Part shown: positions 6,539-15,235 of the stretch, piece after piece
How the letters are laid out: each line of letters begins with the position of its first letter
Position numbering within the stretch: position 1 is the first letter of the stretch
From: Promethearchaeota archaeon
Lineage (GTDB): Archaea > Asgardarchaeota > Lokiarchaeia > Sigyniarchaeales > SOKP01
DNA: 15,235 bases
NCBI GenBank assembly: GCA_048941265.1
Contig: JBHLNT010000098.1
Location: forward strand, 1 to 15,235
Direction of reading: 5' to 3'
Made by a program: the position numbers and the translations under genes
Notes under the pieces: model-generated
Databases searched by the model: none
What the model saw: only the letters and a program-made list of their open reading frames with translations
What the model was told of the DNA's origin: nothing

Positions 6539-7969
6539 ATGAAGAAAAAGGTATTAATAATTGGTTCTGGTATTGGTGGCTCTGGCATAGGAGCTCTTTT
6601 AATCAATACGGGTAAATATGACATTGAATTATTTGAAAAAAATTCCCTAATTGGCGGGAGATTTTCTACGTATGAAAAAAATGGGTGGAAGTTAGATATT
6701 GGTTGTCATTTAGTGGCAAATTGCGAGAATGGTTCTATTGGATGGATATTAAATGAGATTGGGAGTTCAAACGAAGTGCAATGGTCTTATGCAAGGAATC
6801 CAACACCTAAGTTTTATTATATTAATAAATTTTTATTATTTCCTAGAGAATTGGTTAGATTAGATATTTCCAACAACGATTTAAAGAGTTTATTGAGCTT
6901 AATGAAAGATTTAAATTCATTTTCTGAGGCAGAGCTACAAAAATTAGAAGATGAACAAGTTGATATGCGCACATTTCTTTCCAAATACACGAATAATATG
7001 AAAGTTCTTTCATTATTTTCATTTTTTGCTGGGTTATATTTTGTAATTCCTGATTTCTTGACTCCTGCAAGTGAGTGGATTCGGTGCCAACGTGAAATTT
7101 TAAATTTTAAAACATCTGGATATCCAATCGGAGGCACAATTAGCATTCCAAATGCTTTTTGTAAGTTTATAGAAGATAAAGAGGGTAAAATTCATATGAA
7201 TACAGAAGTGAAAGAAATTATAATTGAGAACGGTAAAGCAATTGGAATTCGGACGGAACTTGGTGTTATTAAAGGAGATTTAATAATATCTAATGCTGGA
7301 GTAAAAAATACTATTCAAAATTTAATCAGAAATGAATTAATAGACCAAAAGTATTACAAAAAAATAAATTCATATGAGTATTCTCTTGCAACCATTCAAA
7401 CGAAAATTGCTTTAGATCAAAAAATAACTAATGAAAAAATGATAATGTTTGTAGGACAAGAAATTTCGCAGGATAATTTGAATGAAAAAGTATTTGAAGA
7501 GAAAAATTTTACGAAATTCCTTCAAGATCTCGATTTTCATCCCATATTGTTCATTCCTATTGTTTCTAATCTAGACCCTTCTCTTGTTCCAGAGGGAAAA
7601 CAGTTAATTATTGCAGGTGGTGGATGTCCGACTCCAAGTCAAGGTTTTAACAACAAAGATCATAAAAACATGTGGGAGCAGGCTATTATTAAAAGCCTAG
7701 AAATAATCTTTCCTAATATTCGCAAGCACATTTTATGGACTGAAACAACAAGTCCAGAAGATATTAACAATTTCGTGAATAAAGATGGAACTGTCATTGG
7801 AATTGGCCAAACCATTGAACAAGTGGGCATTAACAGACCTTCTCATGAAATACCTGGAATAAAGAACCTTTTTTACTGTGGTGCGGATACGGGAAGGACG
7901 GGAATTGGAGGAGAATTAGCAGCTAATTCTGCGATAGAATTATATAAAAAAATTTTGGAAAGTAATTAA
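6539..7969 (+). CDS. NAD(P)/FAD-dependent oxidoreductase, phytoene dehydrogenase-like (COG1233)
   Basis: N-terminal IIGSGIGG, EKNSLIGGR, LDIGCH, YPIGG, and C-terminal IPGIKNLFYCGADTGRTGIG. The substrate is unknown. Confidence 0.9.
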   Translation: MKKKVLIIGSGIGGSGIGALLINTGKYDIELFEKNSLIGGRFSTYEKNGWKLDIGCHLVANCENGSIGWILNEIGSSNEVQWSYARNPTPKFYYINKFLLFPRELVRLDISNNDLKSLLSLMKDLNSFSEAELQKLEDEQVDMRTFLSKYTNNMKVLSLFSFFAGLYFVIPDFLTPASEWIRCQREILNFKTSGYPIGGTISIPNAFCKFIEDKEGKIHMNTEVKEIIIENGKAIGIRTELGVIKGDLIISNAGVKNTIQNLIRNELIDQKYYKKINSYEYSLATIQTKIALDQKITNEKMIMFVGQEISQDNLNEKVFEEKNFTKFLQDLDFHPILFIPIVSNLDPSLVPEGKQLIIAGGGCPTPSQGFNNKDHKNMWEQAIIKSLEIIFPNIRKHILWTETTSPEDINNFVNKDGTVIGIGQTIEQVGINRPSHEIPGIKNLFYCGADTGRTGIGGELAANSAIELYKKILESN

Positions 7970-7991
7970 TTATTTTTCTGATAAAAGAGGC

Positions 7992-8017
7992 GGAAGATAT
8001 GAGAAAAAAAATCTTCC
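7992..8017. repeat. Short perfect inverted repeat (7-bp stem, 12-nt A-rich loop)
   Basis: GGAAGAT (7992..7998) and ATCTTCC (8011..8017), 22 nt after the oxidoreductase stop. Confidence 0.4.
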
Positions 8018-8147
8018 AAAATTAGTTTTCCTAAATATATTTTCTATGTTGTGGTTAAAGCGAATCTATATAATTACCTTATTTAGATAATCAGAAAGAA
8101 TATAAATCATTTTAAAATTATAATCTTAAATTTACAAGTGCATCATT

Positions 8148-9461
8148 ATGGTTAATATCAGCTCTAAAATCGAACAGAATAAATTACAAAAGAATACAGA
8201 GAAGAATTTGCCTCAAAAGTTTAATTTTATGAAGAATAAGGTTGTAGTTCTTAAATTAGATGATTATGTACCAAAAAAAATTAATGAAGCTTTACGATCC
8301 ATTATCGAAATGTTAGGAATTAAGGAATATTTTGTCAATACATCAATTATGCTTAAACCCAATCTTCTTGCCCCTTCGAAAAATGCATTTACCCCCCCTG
8401 AAATTGCATTGGAATTAATTAAAATCTTAAAATTAGATATGAAAGCAAAAGAGGTTGTCGTTGCTGATTCGACCATGACAAAGAAATTAACTAGTCTTAC
8501 TATTAAGAGAAGTAAATTCAAAGAAATATGCGAAGCAGAAGGGGTTAAAATTATTAATTTTTTTGAGTCTGAACGTATTAAAGTTGAATTAAATAATCCT
8601 GATTATGCTATTGAAGAGAAAATCTATCTACCGAGAGAAGTTAAAGAAGTTGATCTACTTATTAATTTGCCCAAACTAAAAACTCATAATGGATATGTCT
8701 ATACAGGTGCTATAAAAAATCTTTTTGGACTTTTGGGAAATAAAATGAATATGCATATGACTCATAAAAATAAGATAGATTTTCAAAAAATGCTCGCAGA
8801 CATATTTTTTGCAGTGGAAGAGACGAATAGTAGATATATCCCTAAAGTGTTAACTATCATGGATGCGGTAATAGCAATGGAGGGTAAAGGGCCTAGAGCG
8901 GGTAAACCAAAAAAAATTGGTCTTATGATCGCGGGATTTAATCCAGCAGCAGTAGATATTGTAGGATATACCTTAATGAATGGAGATCCAAAAGATTTAG
9001 ATGCGATAACCTCATTAGCAAAAAGAACAGAGCTCCCTGTAGATATAACTCAATTAGATATCATTGGTGTAGATAATATTAATGACTTCATTGTAAAAGA
9101 CTTTAAAAAACCGAAAATTACCCTCCTAAACAAGGACCGTATTAGAGAAGGGAGTCTTTTTTCAATAATATCAGAAAAATTGATGAAAATCTCTATTAAA
9201 ATCAATCGCAAACGATGTATCCTCTGTGAAGAGTGTGTGAGACACTGCCCTGCTGAAGCTTTAGTTAGTAAACATGATCGGATTTTTGTTGATCATGATG
9301 CATGTATTGAGTGCTTTTGTTGCGGAGAAAGTTGCCCAAATAATGCCATTAGTGCAAAATTTTACGTATTTAGAATTTTACCGTTATTGATACTAGTATT
9401 AAGTTTAGGAGCAATATTTATCATTTGGTTGTTAATTTCGATGGTGAATTGGATTTTTTGA
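8148..9461 (+). CDS. DUF362 domain Fe-S protein with 2x[4Fe-4S] ferredoxin domain and C-terminal transmembrane helix
   Basis: DUF362 motifs LKPNLL, INLPKLKTH, TGAIKNLFG, DAVIAMEGKGP and AAVD. Ferredoxin motifs CILCEECVRHCP and CIECFCCGESCP. The last 28 aa are hydrophobic. An alternative ATG start exists at 8229. Confidence 0.9.
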   Translation: MVNISSKIEQNKLQKNTEKNLPQKFNFMKNKVVVLKLDDYVPKKINEALRSIIEMLGIKEYFVNTSIMLKPNLLAPSKNAFTPPEIALELIKILKLDMKAKEVVVADSTMTKKLTSLTIKRSKFKEICEAEGVKIINFFESERIKVELNNPDYAIEEKIYLPREVKEVDLLINLPKLKTHNGYVYTGAIKNLFGLLGNKMNMHMTHKNKIDFQKMLADIFFAVEETNSRYIPKVLTIMDAVIAMEGKGPRAGKPKKIGLMIAGFNPAAVDIVGYTLMNGDPKDLDAITSLAKRTELPVDITQLDIIGVDNINDFIVKDFKKPKITLLNKDRIREGSLFSIISEKLMKISIKINRKRCILCEECVRHCPAEALVSKHDRIFVDHDACIECFCCGESCPNNAISAKFYVFRILPLLILVLSLGAIFIIWLLISMVNWIF

Positions 9462-9582
9462 TTTTTCAAAATACGCAAAATGTTCATTTACTTTGCTAAA
9501 ATAATTATTTTAGTTTGAGTTTTTTTCTGCTTAAATCTCATAAATTTAAATATTTTTCTTCTCTTATTATAATGATAACTCA

Positions 9583-10626
9583 ATGAGAGTAAACAAGGGA
9601 AATTTCCCTGTGGGGAAACTCAAACATGACTTTTTAGCTAAGATGCTTAATTATTTCATTTCTGATTTAGATATTCAAGATGAGAGAGTGATTCTTGGAT
9701 CCAAAATTGGTGAGGATGCCGCTGTAATTGATATGGGAGAAAAATACTTAGTTGCTAAAATGGATCCCATAACATTTGCTACTGATGAGATTGGATATTA
9801 TGCTGTGAATGTTAACGTGAATGATGTAGTTTGTATGGGTGCCGAACCAAAATGGTTTCAATCTACAATTTTATTACCAGAAGGAGCCACAAATGAAGAG
9901 AATATTGAAAAAATTTTCAAAAGTATCCATGATACATGTAAGTCAATGAATATAACAGTAATAGGGGGTCACACAGAAGTAACTCCTAACCTTGATAGGC
10001 CAATTGTTATTGGATCTTTATTTGGTGAAGTCGACAAGGAAAAACTTGTTTTAACCTCAGGGGCAGAACCGGGAGATGCCCTTATTCTAACTAAAGGAAT
10101 TTTTATAGAAGGGACGTCTATTATTGGTCGTGAAAAAGAAAATGAACTTAAAGAAAAGGGATATGATTCGTCATTTATTGAAAGATGTAAGAATTATCTT
10201 TATGAACCAGGAATAAGCGTTTTTAAAGAAGCCCTTTTAGCTAATGGAAATTTTAAAATTAATTCTTTTCATGATCCTACGGAAGGTGGTTTATTCTGCG
10301 GTATTGCAGAAATAGCTCTTGCTTCTGAAACGGGATTTCTCATAGAACTAGAGAGAATTAAGGTTTTACCTGAACCATTAGAATTAAGTAAGGTTTATAA
10401 TTTAAATCCTATGGGAACCATCTCATCAGGTTCATTATTGATTACTTTAAATGATGATAATGATAAACCCTCCAAATTAATTGATATTTTAAATAAAAAT
10501 AACATTTTAGCAGAAAAAATTGGCAAGGTAGTGGATAAAAAAGAAGGACTAATGATAAAAAGAAAAGATGGAAAAATAAAACCCCTTAGATATTCTGAAA
10601 CGGATGAGATAATCAAAATCTTCTAA
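9583..10626 (+). CDS. AIR synthase (PurM) superfamily protein, HypE-like but lacking the C-terminal PRIC cysteine
   Basis: Motifs GKL, GEDAAVI, DPIT, NVNDV..MGAEP, IGGHTEVT, HDPTEGG and SSGSLL. The protein ends SETDEIIKIF. Confidence 0.88.
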   Translation: MRVNKGNFPVGKLKHDFLAKMLNYFISDLDIQDERVILGSKIGEDAAVIDMGEKYLVAKMDPITFATDEIGYYAVNVNVNDVVCMGAEPKWFQSTILLPEGATNEENIEKIFKSIHDTCKSMNITVIGGHTEVTPNLDRPIVIGSLFGEVDKEKLVLTSGAEPGDALILTKGIFIEGTSIIGREKENELKEKGYDSSFIERCKNYLYEPGISVFKEALLANGNFKINSFHDPTEGGLFCGIAEIALASETGFLIELERIKVLPEPLELSKVYNLNPMGTISSGSLLITLNDDNDKPSKLIDILNKNNILAEKIGKVVDKKEGLMIKRKDGKIKPLRYSETDEIIKIF

Positions 10627-10773
10627 TATAATTTAGAACATAATAATATTTCATGAAGTACCTAATATTTTTATATTCAAAATTTAATCTAATATTATAT
10701 CTGTATAATTTATTATTGATTAATCTTTTATATTGATATTAAATCGACATATTAATCTAAAAATTGGTTCAAA

Positions 10774-12699
10774 GTGGTAAATAAAGAATTATCGGATATT
10801 CTAAATCAACTAAGTGAGATCTTTTCCAAAGAACTATTCAATCTTAAAATGCATAAAAAAGTCTATTTTAATATCTTAGAAAAAAGAAAAGATAGATTCG
10901 AAGAATTATTAGATCTTATAAGATCAAAATGGATTGAGTTTAAGGATTCAAATCAAAAAAGAGTAATTAAGAAAACTTTTACCAGTTTTCTTTATATCAA
11001 TTTTCATAAGTTTTTTAAAATCTATTTACAAAATTTTTTTGGATTTGATGGTGATTCTTTAGAATTAATTATAAAAGAAAATGTTTCTGACGACACTCTC
11101 CTCTTAGAATATAATTATCATCTAAACTTCGAAGAGATAGCCCAATATGAAGAGATTTCTAAGAAAGTTGATGGCAATCTCTATGGAATGCTATTTTTTA
11201 CAGGATATTTATATTTACTCATCGATGTAATAGGAATCCTAATAAGGAAAACTATTGGAGAGGATATATTAATTACTCTGGATTGTGGGATAATAAAAAG
11301 TGAGGATGAACGAAAATATCTAAATTTTTTGGTATTAGCTAGAAAAGATAATAAAGAAATCTTTATTAATTATTTTTACATGACGCTCTATTACTTTCTT
11401 AAGCAATTTAAAGGAATTCCTGATAAAATCTATGATAAATTATTGGAGGGGAGGGAAAGTATATACCAAATAGCATTAGATCAATATCCTACAGTAAAAG
11501 AACGACTAGCTAATTTATTATTTTACTTTTATAAAAAATGTAAGTTATTAGAAAATTTTTGTCCCTTATTAGATTTTTTGAATTTTGTATGCTCACGTGT
11601 AGAAGATTCCTCTTTTTCTAAACATGATGTTATTAGAAAAGATTTTTTAGATAATTTTGAATATACCATTGAAAAAAAAAATTCCTTGACCAGAATTTTC
11701 GATTTCTTGGATCAGAAAAGTACTCTTTATAGTACGTTTCAAGCAAATAACCTTCCTTCTCAAAAATCTCAGTTCAATTTATTTTTATTAATCATGAAAT
11801 ACTTCTTTGCGAGCGGACTAGAGGCTTTTGAAGTCGGTGATCTATTATTTTTACCTGAAACGTTTAAAGATAGATTAAATCAATATAATAAAAACGTAGA
11901 TAATGGTGTAATAGGTTCAAATACCATCAATGAAATAAATGAATTCATTAATCATTTTGCAATAATATCGAATATTGGAGAAATCAATAATATTTTTAAG
12001 AAAATCTTTAAAAAGGAAGTTTCTCAAATGAATTATCGATTTTTTAGGTCCTTTTTAAAAAGTTTTAATACTAAATTTTTAAAGTTAATCGAAAAAGAGA
12101 ATGAGATATTATCTGAGAATCCGAAAAATGAGCCCTATACATTTAATATTATTGTAGATCATGTTTCCAGAATGTTGTATGTATTAATAGATAAAATTTT
12201 CCTTACATCATCCAATCCAGATGATTCTTCTAAAAATTTTATCGATCCTCGAGGTAGATATATTGGCAAAAATATTGCTTTAAGAGTATTAGAACTTTTC
12301 ATCTTTCAAGAGTTTAATTATTCAGACGATATCTGGCCAGAAATATTAATCTCTATAAATGCTAATAGAGTTAAAAAGGATTTAAAAGGTATTATTAACA
12401 TTCCAGATAAATATTTCTATAATGACAAAGATTTAACTAGGTTCTACACCACTTATAATTTGCAATCGCTTGCTCCAGCATTATTTTTTGAAGAGTGGTT
12501 AATTAGTGAGATTATTTTACCTTTAAACGATTTTATTTTAACAATTAAAAAATTAGTAAAGGATACTTCAAACAAAAAAGAAATTTCGGAACAACTTTTT
12601 AATTTTTTGCGTAAAAATATTAGAGCAAAGAATGCTTTAAATGATATAAAATTTGTATGCGAGCGTCTGGCTCAATTCTGGGTCCAAGAAAAAAAGTAA
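10774..12699 (+). CDS. Hypothetical protein, 641 aa, predicted mostly alpha-helical, F/Y/L-rich
   Basis: A long open frame in a very AT-rich genome. The track gives a GTG start, and a downstream ATG (MHKK) is also possible. No family was recognised. Confidence 0.85.
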   Translation: MVNKELSDILNQLSEIFSKELFNLKMHKKVYFNILEKRKDRFEELLDLIRSKWIEFKDSNQKRVIKKTFTSFLYINFHKFFKIYLQNFFGFDGDSLELIIKENVSDDTLLLEYNYHLNFEEIAQYEEISKKVDGNLYGMLFFTGYLYLLIDVIGILIRKTIGEDILITLDCGIIKSEDERKYLNFLVLARKDNKEIFINYFYMTLYYFLKQFKGIPDKIYDKLLEGRESIYQIALDQYPTVKERLANLLFYFYKKCKLLENFCPLLDFLNFVCSRVEDSSFSKHDVIRKDFLDNFEYTIEKKNSLTRIFDFLDQKSTLYSTFQANNLPSQKSQFNLFLLIMKYFFASGLEAFEVGDLLFLPETFKDRLNQYNKNVDNGVIGSNTINEINEFINHFAIISNIGEINNIFKKIFKKEVSQMNYRFFRSFLKSFNTKFLKLIEKENEILSENPKNEPYTFNIIVDHVSRMLYVLIDKIFLTSSNPDDSSKNFIDPRGRYIGKNIALRVLELFIFQEFNYSDDIWPEILISINANRVKKDLKGIINIPDKYFYNDKDLTRFYTTYNLQSLAPALFFEEWLISEIILPLNDFILTIKKLVKDTSNKKEISEQLFNFLRKNIRAKNALNDIKFVCERLAQFWVQEKK

Positions 12700-12700
12700 T

Positions 12701-13216
12701 CTATTTTAAATCAAATATTTCTAAAAATTTTTCAAAATCTTCTTCGATATCAACAATTGGTGCATCAAAATTATCTAAAAATTCTATTTTTTCTTTACAA
12801 ATTAACCCCGAAATCATTTTTACATGTATAGTTAATTGAGACTCAATATCCTCTAATTTATTTACACATAATATAGTAGGATAATCTAGATTTCTAAAAC
12901 CTTCTATAAAAATCAAATCTAATTGAAATGGACCTTTAGATATCCAGTCCATTATGTGTGGTAAATCTACATATTTTCTTATAAAAATAGTAGTTTCGTT
13001 GTAAACATTTTTCGTAATAGCATAATTCCCACCCGCTTTAAGATATTTAAAAGTATCTTTTCCCTCCTCATCGATCTGATGTTCATGAATGTTTTTTATC
13101 ACAGCTATTTGAAAATTAAAATGTTTCTTTAATAGCTTAATTGCGGTTTCAATAAGATACGTCTTACCACTTCCAGAATATCCAACCAAACCAATCACTT
13201 TATAGCTAGAATGCAT
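12701..13216 (-). CDS. mobB: Molybdopterin-guanine dinucleotide biosynthesis protein B
   Basis: Walker A GYSGSGKT, IAVIKNIHEH, D.EGKDT..Y.KAG and DLIFIEGFR, at a typical length for the family. Confidence 0.9.
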   Translation of the reverse strand: MHSSYKVIGLVGYSGSGKTYLIETAIKLLKKHFNFQIAVIKNIHEHQIDEEGKDTFKYLKAGGNYAITKNVYNETTIFIRKYVDLPHIMDWISKGPFQLDLIFIEGFRNLDYPTILCVNKLEDIESQLTIHVKMISGLICKEKIEFLDNFDAPIVDIEEDFEKFLEIFDLK

Positions 13217-13585
13217 CTTTCTTGACCTATCTATTATTTTGTAAGCTCTAATTTAAAATAGATTTGTTTTACCTAAAAATTTAGTGAAATTATGTTCAAT
13301 TACTCCAATAATTTTGATTATTTTGCAATACTTAAAAATTAAAACTAAACCGACAAAAATAGAATCATTAAATTAATCGCAATAGGGGAATGTTTAGCTT
13401 TTTAAAAAAATTCAAGGCTTCTATTAATTGTATAGCTCTAAATTAACTTTATCATTTATCTATATTTCAAGTTCTTAATTCTAGATTAATAATTAAATAT
13501 AAATAATAATTAACATGAATTTTTCTTTAAATATTTAGAGATTATGAAAAAAATATGAGAACCTTGACATAGTTCAAGATTTAAT

Positions 13586-14017
13586 ATGATTAGCAAAACC
13601 TATAAGAAAAGATATCAAGATATATTTGAAGAGAGCTATTACATACCTCAGGTACCCCGATTAAACCTGAAAGAATTTCAAAAAAGGAAGTCCTCACTTA
13701 TTTCAGAGCTTAGTTTTCTGCTTACTACTCATCATAACTCCAAAAATGAATATATTAATATTTCAAAGTTAATCATATCAACGCTAAACGCGCCTGAAAC
13801 TTATTTTTTCGATAAAATATTTTCTTTTAAAAAAATTGATCCTTTTGAGAATTTTGATTTGAAAGATTATCTTATAACCATTAAGAAAATCAGCATCCTG
13901 CTGAAATCATATCCATTCTCATCGGTTCAACAGACACTAGAAAATTGTTCAACAGAGAGATTTTTTATCAAACTATTTTTGAAAGTTTTTTTATTAAACA
14001 AGCAATTTTATAAATGA
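13586..14017 (+). CDS. Hypothetical protein (143 aa)
   Basis: An isolated ATG-started ORF with a TTTAAATA box at 13526..13533 and no competing ORF. No motif was recognised. Confidence 0.55.
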   Translation: MISKTYKKRYQDIFEESYYIPQVPRLNLKEFQKRKSSLISELSFLLTTHHNSKNEYINISKLIISTLNAPETYFFDKIFSFKKIDPFENFDLKDYLITIKKISILLKSYPFSSVQQTLENCSTERFFIKLFLKVFLLNKQFYK

Positions 14018-14174
14018 AGTAGTTTAGTAATCTCCTTATTTTCAAATTAATCCATTAAATTATATTTAAAAATTATTAATAATGTTCTTGTATATATTAA
14101 ACTTCTAATTATTTATAAAAATCTTATAACAATAGTATAAATTCAATGGGATAAATAACAATTAAGTGATTAAA

Positions 14175-15235
14175 TTGAAGGTATTATTGATATATCCCCC
14201 TTTTCCGTTTGGTAAAGGAATGGGAGCTACAATGTGCAGTCCACCTTTAAATATATTAACATTGGCTGGTTCTGTCCCAGAACATAAAGTTGATATACTC
14301 GATTTAAACATTGATAAGTCTTATGGAATCAAAAAAATGGAAGAAAAGTTTTGCAACTACGATTTGGTTGGTGTTACATGTATGACATTTTCCTTACGGT
14401 TAGTTTTGAATATTTGCAAATTAGCAAAAAAAAATGGCATACAAACACTATTAGGTGGTTTCCATCCTACTTTAGATTCAAGCGTCATTGATAAGTTCGA
14501 TTGTATAGATATGATTGTGAGAGGTGAAGGCGAAATTACTTTTAAGGAACTTTTAAGTGGTAAACCAAAAAAAGAAATTTTAGGCTTATCATATAGAGAA
14601 AATGGAAAGGTATATCATAATCCTGATAGACCATTTGTTAAGAATTTAGACGAATTACCATTTCCTCGAAATGATCTTGTGGATCCTAGGCCTTATCATT
14701 ATTTATGGATCCGCGCTTGGGTCTGTGAATCATCGAGAGGGTGTCCATTTAGTTGTAAATTTTGTTGTGTTACAAAATTTTATAAAAGAACTTATAGAAC
14801 AAAATCGCCAGAACGTGTTATTAAAGAATTAATGCAAGTTCCTCTTAAAACTAATCTCGTCTTTTTTGTTGATGATAACTTCACAATGAATAAAAAAAGA
14901 ATTATGCGAATCTGTAAATTACTTCAAAAAACTCATCTTAATGAGCACTTATTACTAGTATGTCAATCCAGAGTTGATGATATCGCAAATAATCCAGATA
15001 TGGTTGAAGAAATGCATAAAAGTGGATTCGTTTGCTTTTTCATAGGATTTGAGAGTTTCAAACAAATTGCCCTAGATCGTATGAAAAAAGGATATACGCT
15101 TGATAAAGTAAAAAAATGTATAAAAATATGTCATGAGAATGGTATAATGGTTTTTGGTTCGTTTATAATTGGTAATATTGGAGAAACTAAGGAAGATACA
15201 AGAAAAACATTTAAATTAATGAAAGAACTTGACTT
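14175..15235 (+). CDS. B12-binding domain radical SAM protein (partial, runs off the window end)
   Basis: Not in the ORF track. A TTG start at 14175 (in-frame GTG at 14166 also possible) follows the SD-like AAGTGAT. Translation: MKVLLIYPPFPFG...SPPLNILTLAG...DLVGVTCMT...LLGGFHPT...IVRGEGEITF...NLDELPFP...ESSRGCPFSCKFC (CxxxCxxC at 14742..14765)...FFVDDNF...FIGFES. Confidence 0.93.
   Translation, partial: MKVLLIYPPFPFGKGMGATMCSPPLNILTLAGSVPEHKVDILDLNIDKSYGIKKMEEKFCNYDLVGVTCMTFSLRLVLNICKLAKKNGIQTLLGGFHPTLDSSVIDKFDCIDMIVRGEGEITFKELLSGKPKKEILGLSYRENGKVYHNPDRPFVKNLDELPFPRNDLVDPRPYHYLWIRAWVCESSRGCPFSCKFCCVTKFYKRTYRTKSPERVIKELMQVPLKTNLVFFVDDNFTMNKKRIMRICKLLQKTHLNEHLLLVCQSRVDDIANNPDMVEEMHKSGFVCFFIGFESFKQIALDRMKKGYTLDKVKKCIKICHENGIMVFGSFIIGNIGETKEDTRKTFKLMKELD

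Noticed and set aside
3549-7998. Shared 10-mer GGCGGAAGAT at 3548..3557 and 7989..7998
   Set aside because: One copy is coding and one is intergenic, with no extension, which is compatible with chance.
9459-9520. TGA read-through (selenocysteine) at the DUF362 stop, also considered at 14015..14017
   Set aside because: The TGA codons are not at Cys-equivalent positions, the extensions are short and featureless, and no convincing SECIS was seen.
12235-12270. FIDPRGRYI resembling the DDRGK motif (IDDRGKFI)
   Set aside because: The match is short and lacks the surrounding PCI-like winged-helix pattern, so it is probably coincidental.
2404-12839. Short ORFs 2404..2598, 4148..4369, 6817..7146, 6855..7070, 8264..8521, 10395..10616 and 12657..12839
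   Set aside because: Each lies antisense to, or overlaps, a well-supported gene and shows no motif.
1-15235. CRISPR arrays, tRNA/rRNA, IS elements
   Set aside because: I saw no spaced direct repeats, no GC-rich structured RNA island and no transposase or integrase motifs by eye. tRNAscan and Infernal were not run.

Overview
This is a very AT-rich archaeal window. Archaeal BRE/TATA-like promoters, GTGAT/GGAG-type Shine-Dalgarno sites and the gene families present point to an Asgard archaeon, probably Lokiarchaeia (inference, no search run). Most genes are metabolic: a polyferredoxin-like Fe-S protein, a V4R/ATC-hydrolase-like protein, a GPH-family MFS transporter, a phytoene-dehydrogenase-like flavoprotein, a DUF362 Fe-S protein, an AIR-synthase/HypE-like protein, MobB and a partial B12-binding radical SAM protein. 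There are also several orphans. Two partial genes at the window edges (1..181 minus, 14175..15235 plus) are missing from the ORF track. The best candidate for an undescribed system is a translationally coupled two-gene operon at 648..2122 (minus). It encodes two apparently paralogous proteins of about 245 aa, each a long unbroken coiled coil ending in a winged-helix domain. They are colinear with a one-residue offset and have complementary core residues, which suggests a heterodimeric rod with twin winged-helix heads. No rRNA, tRNA, CRISPR array or mobile element was seen.
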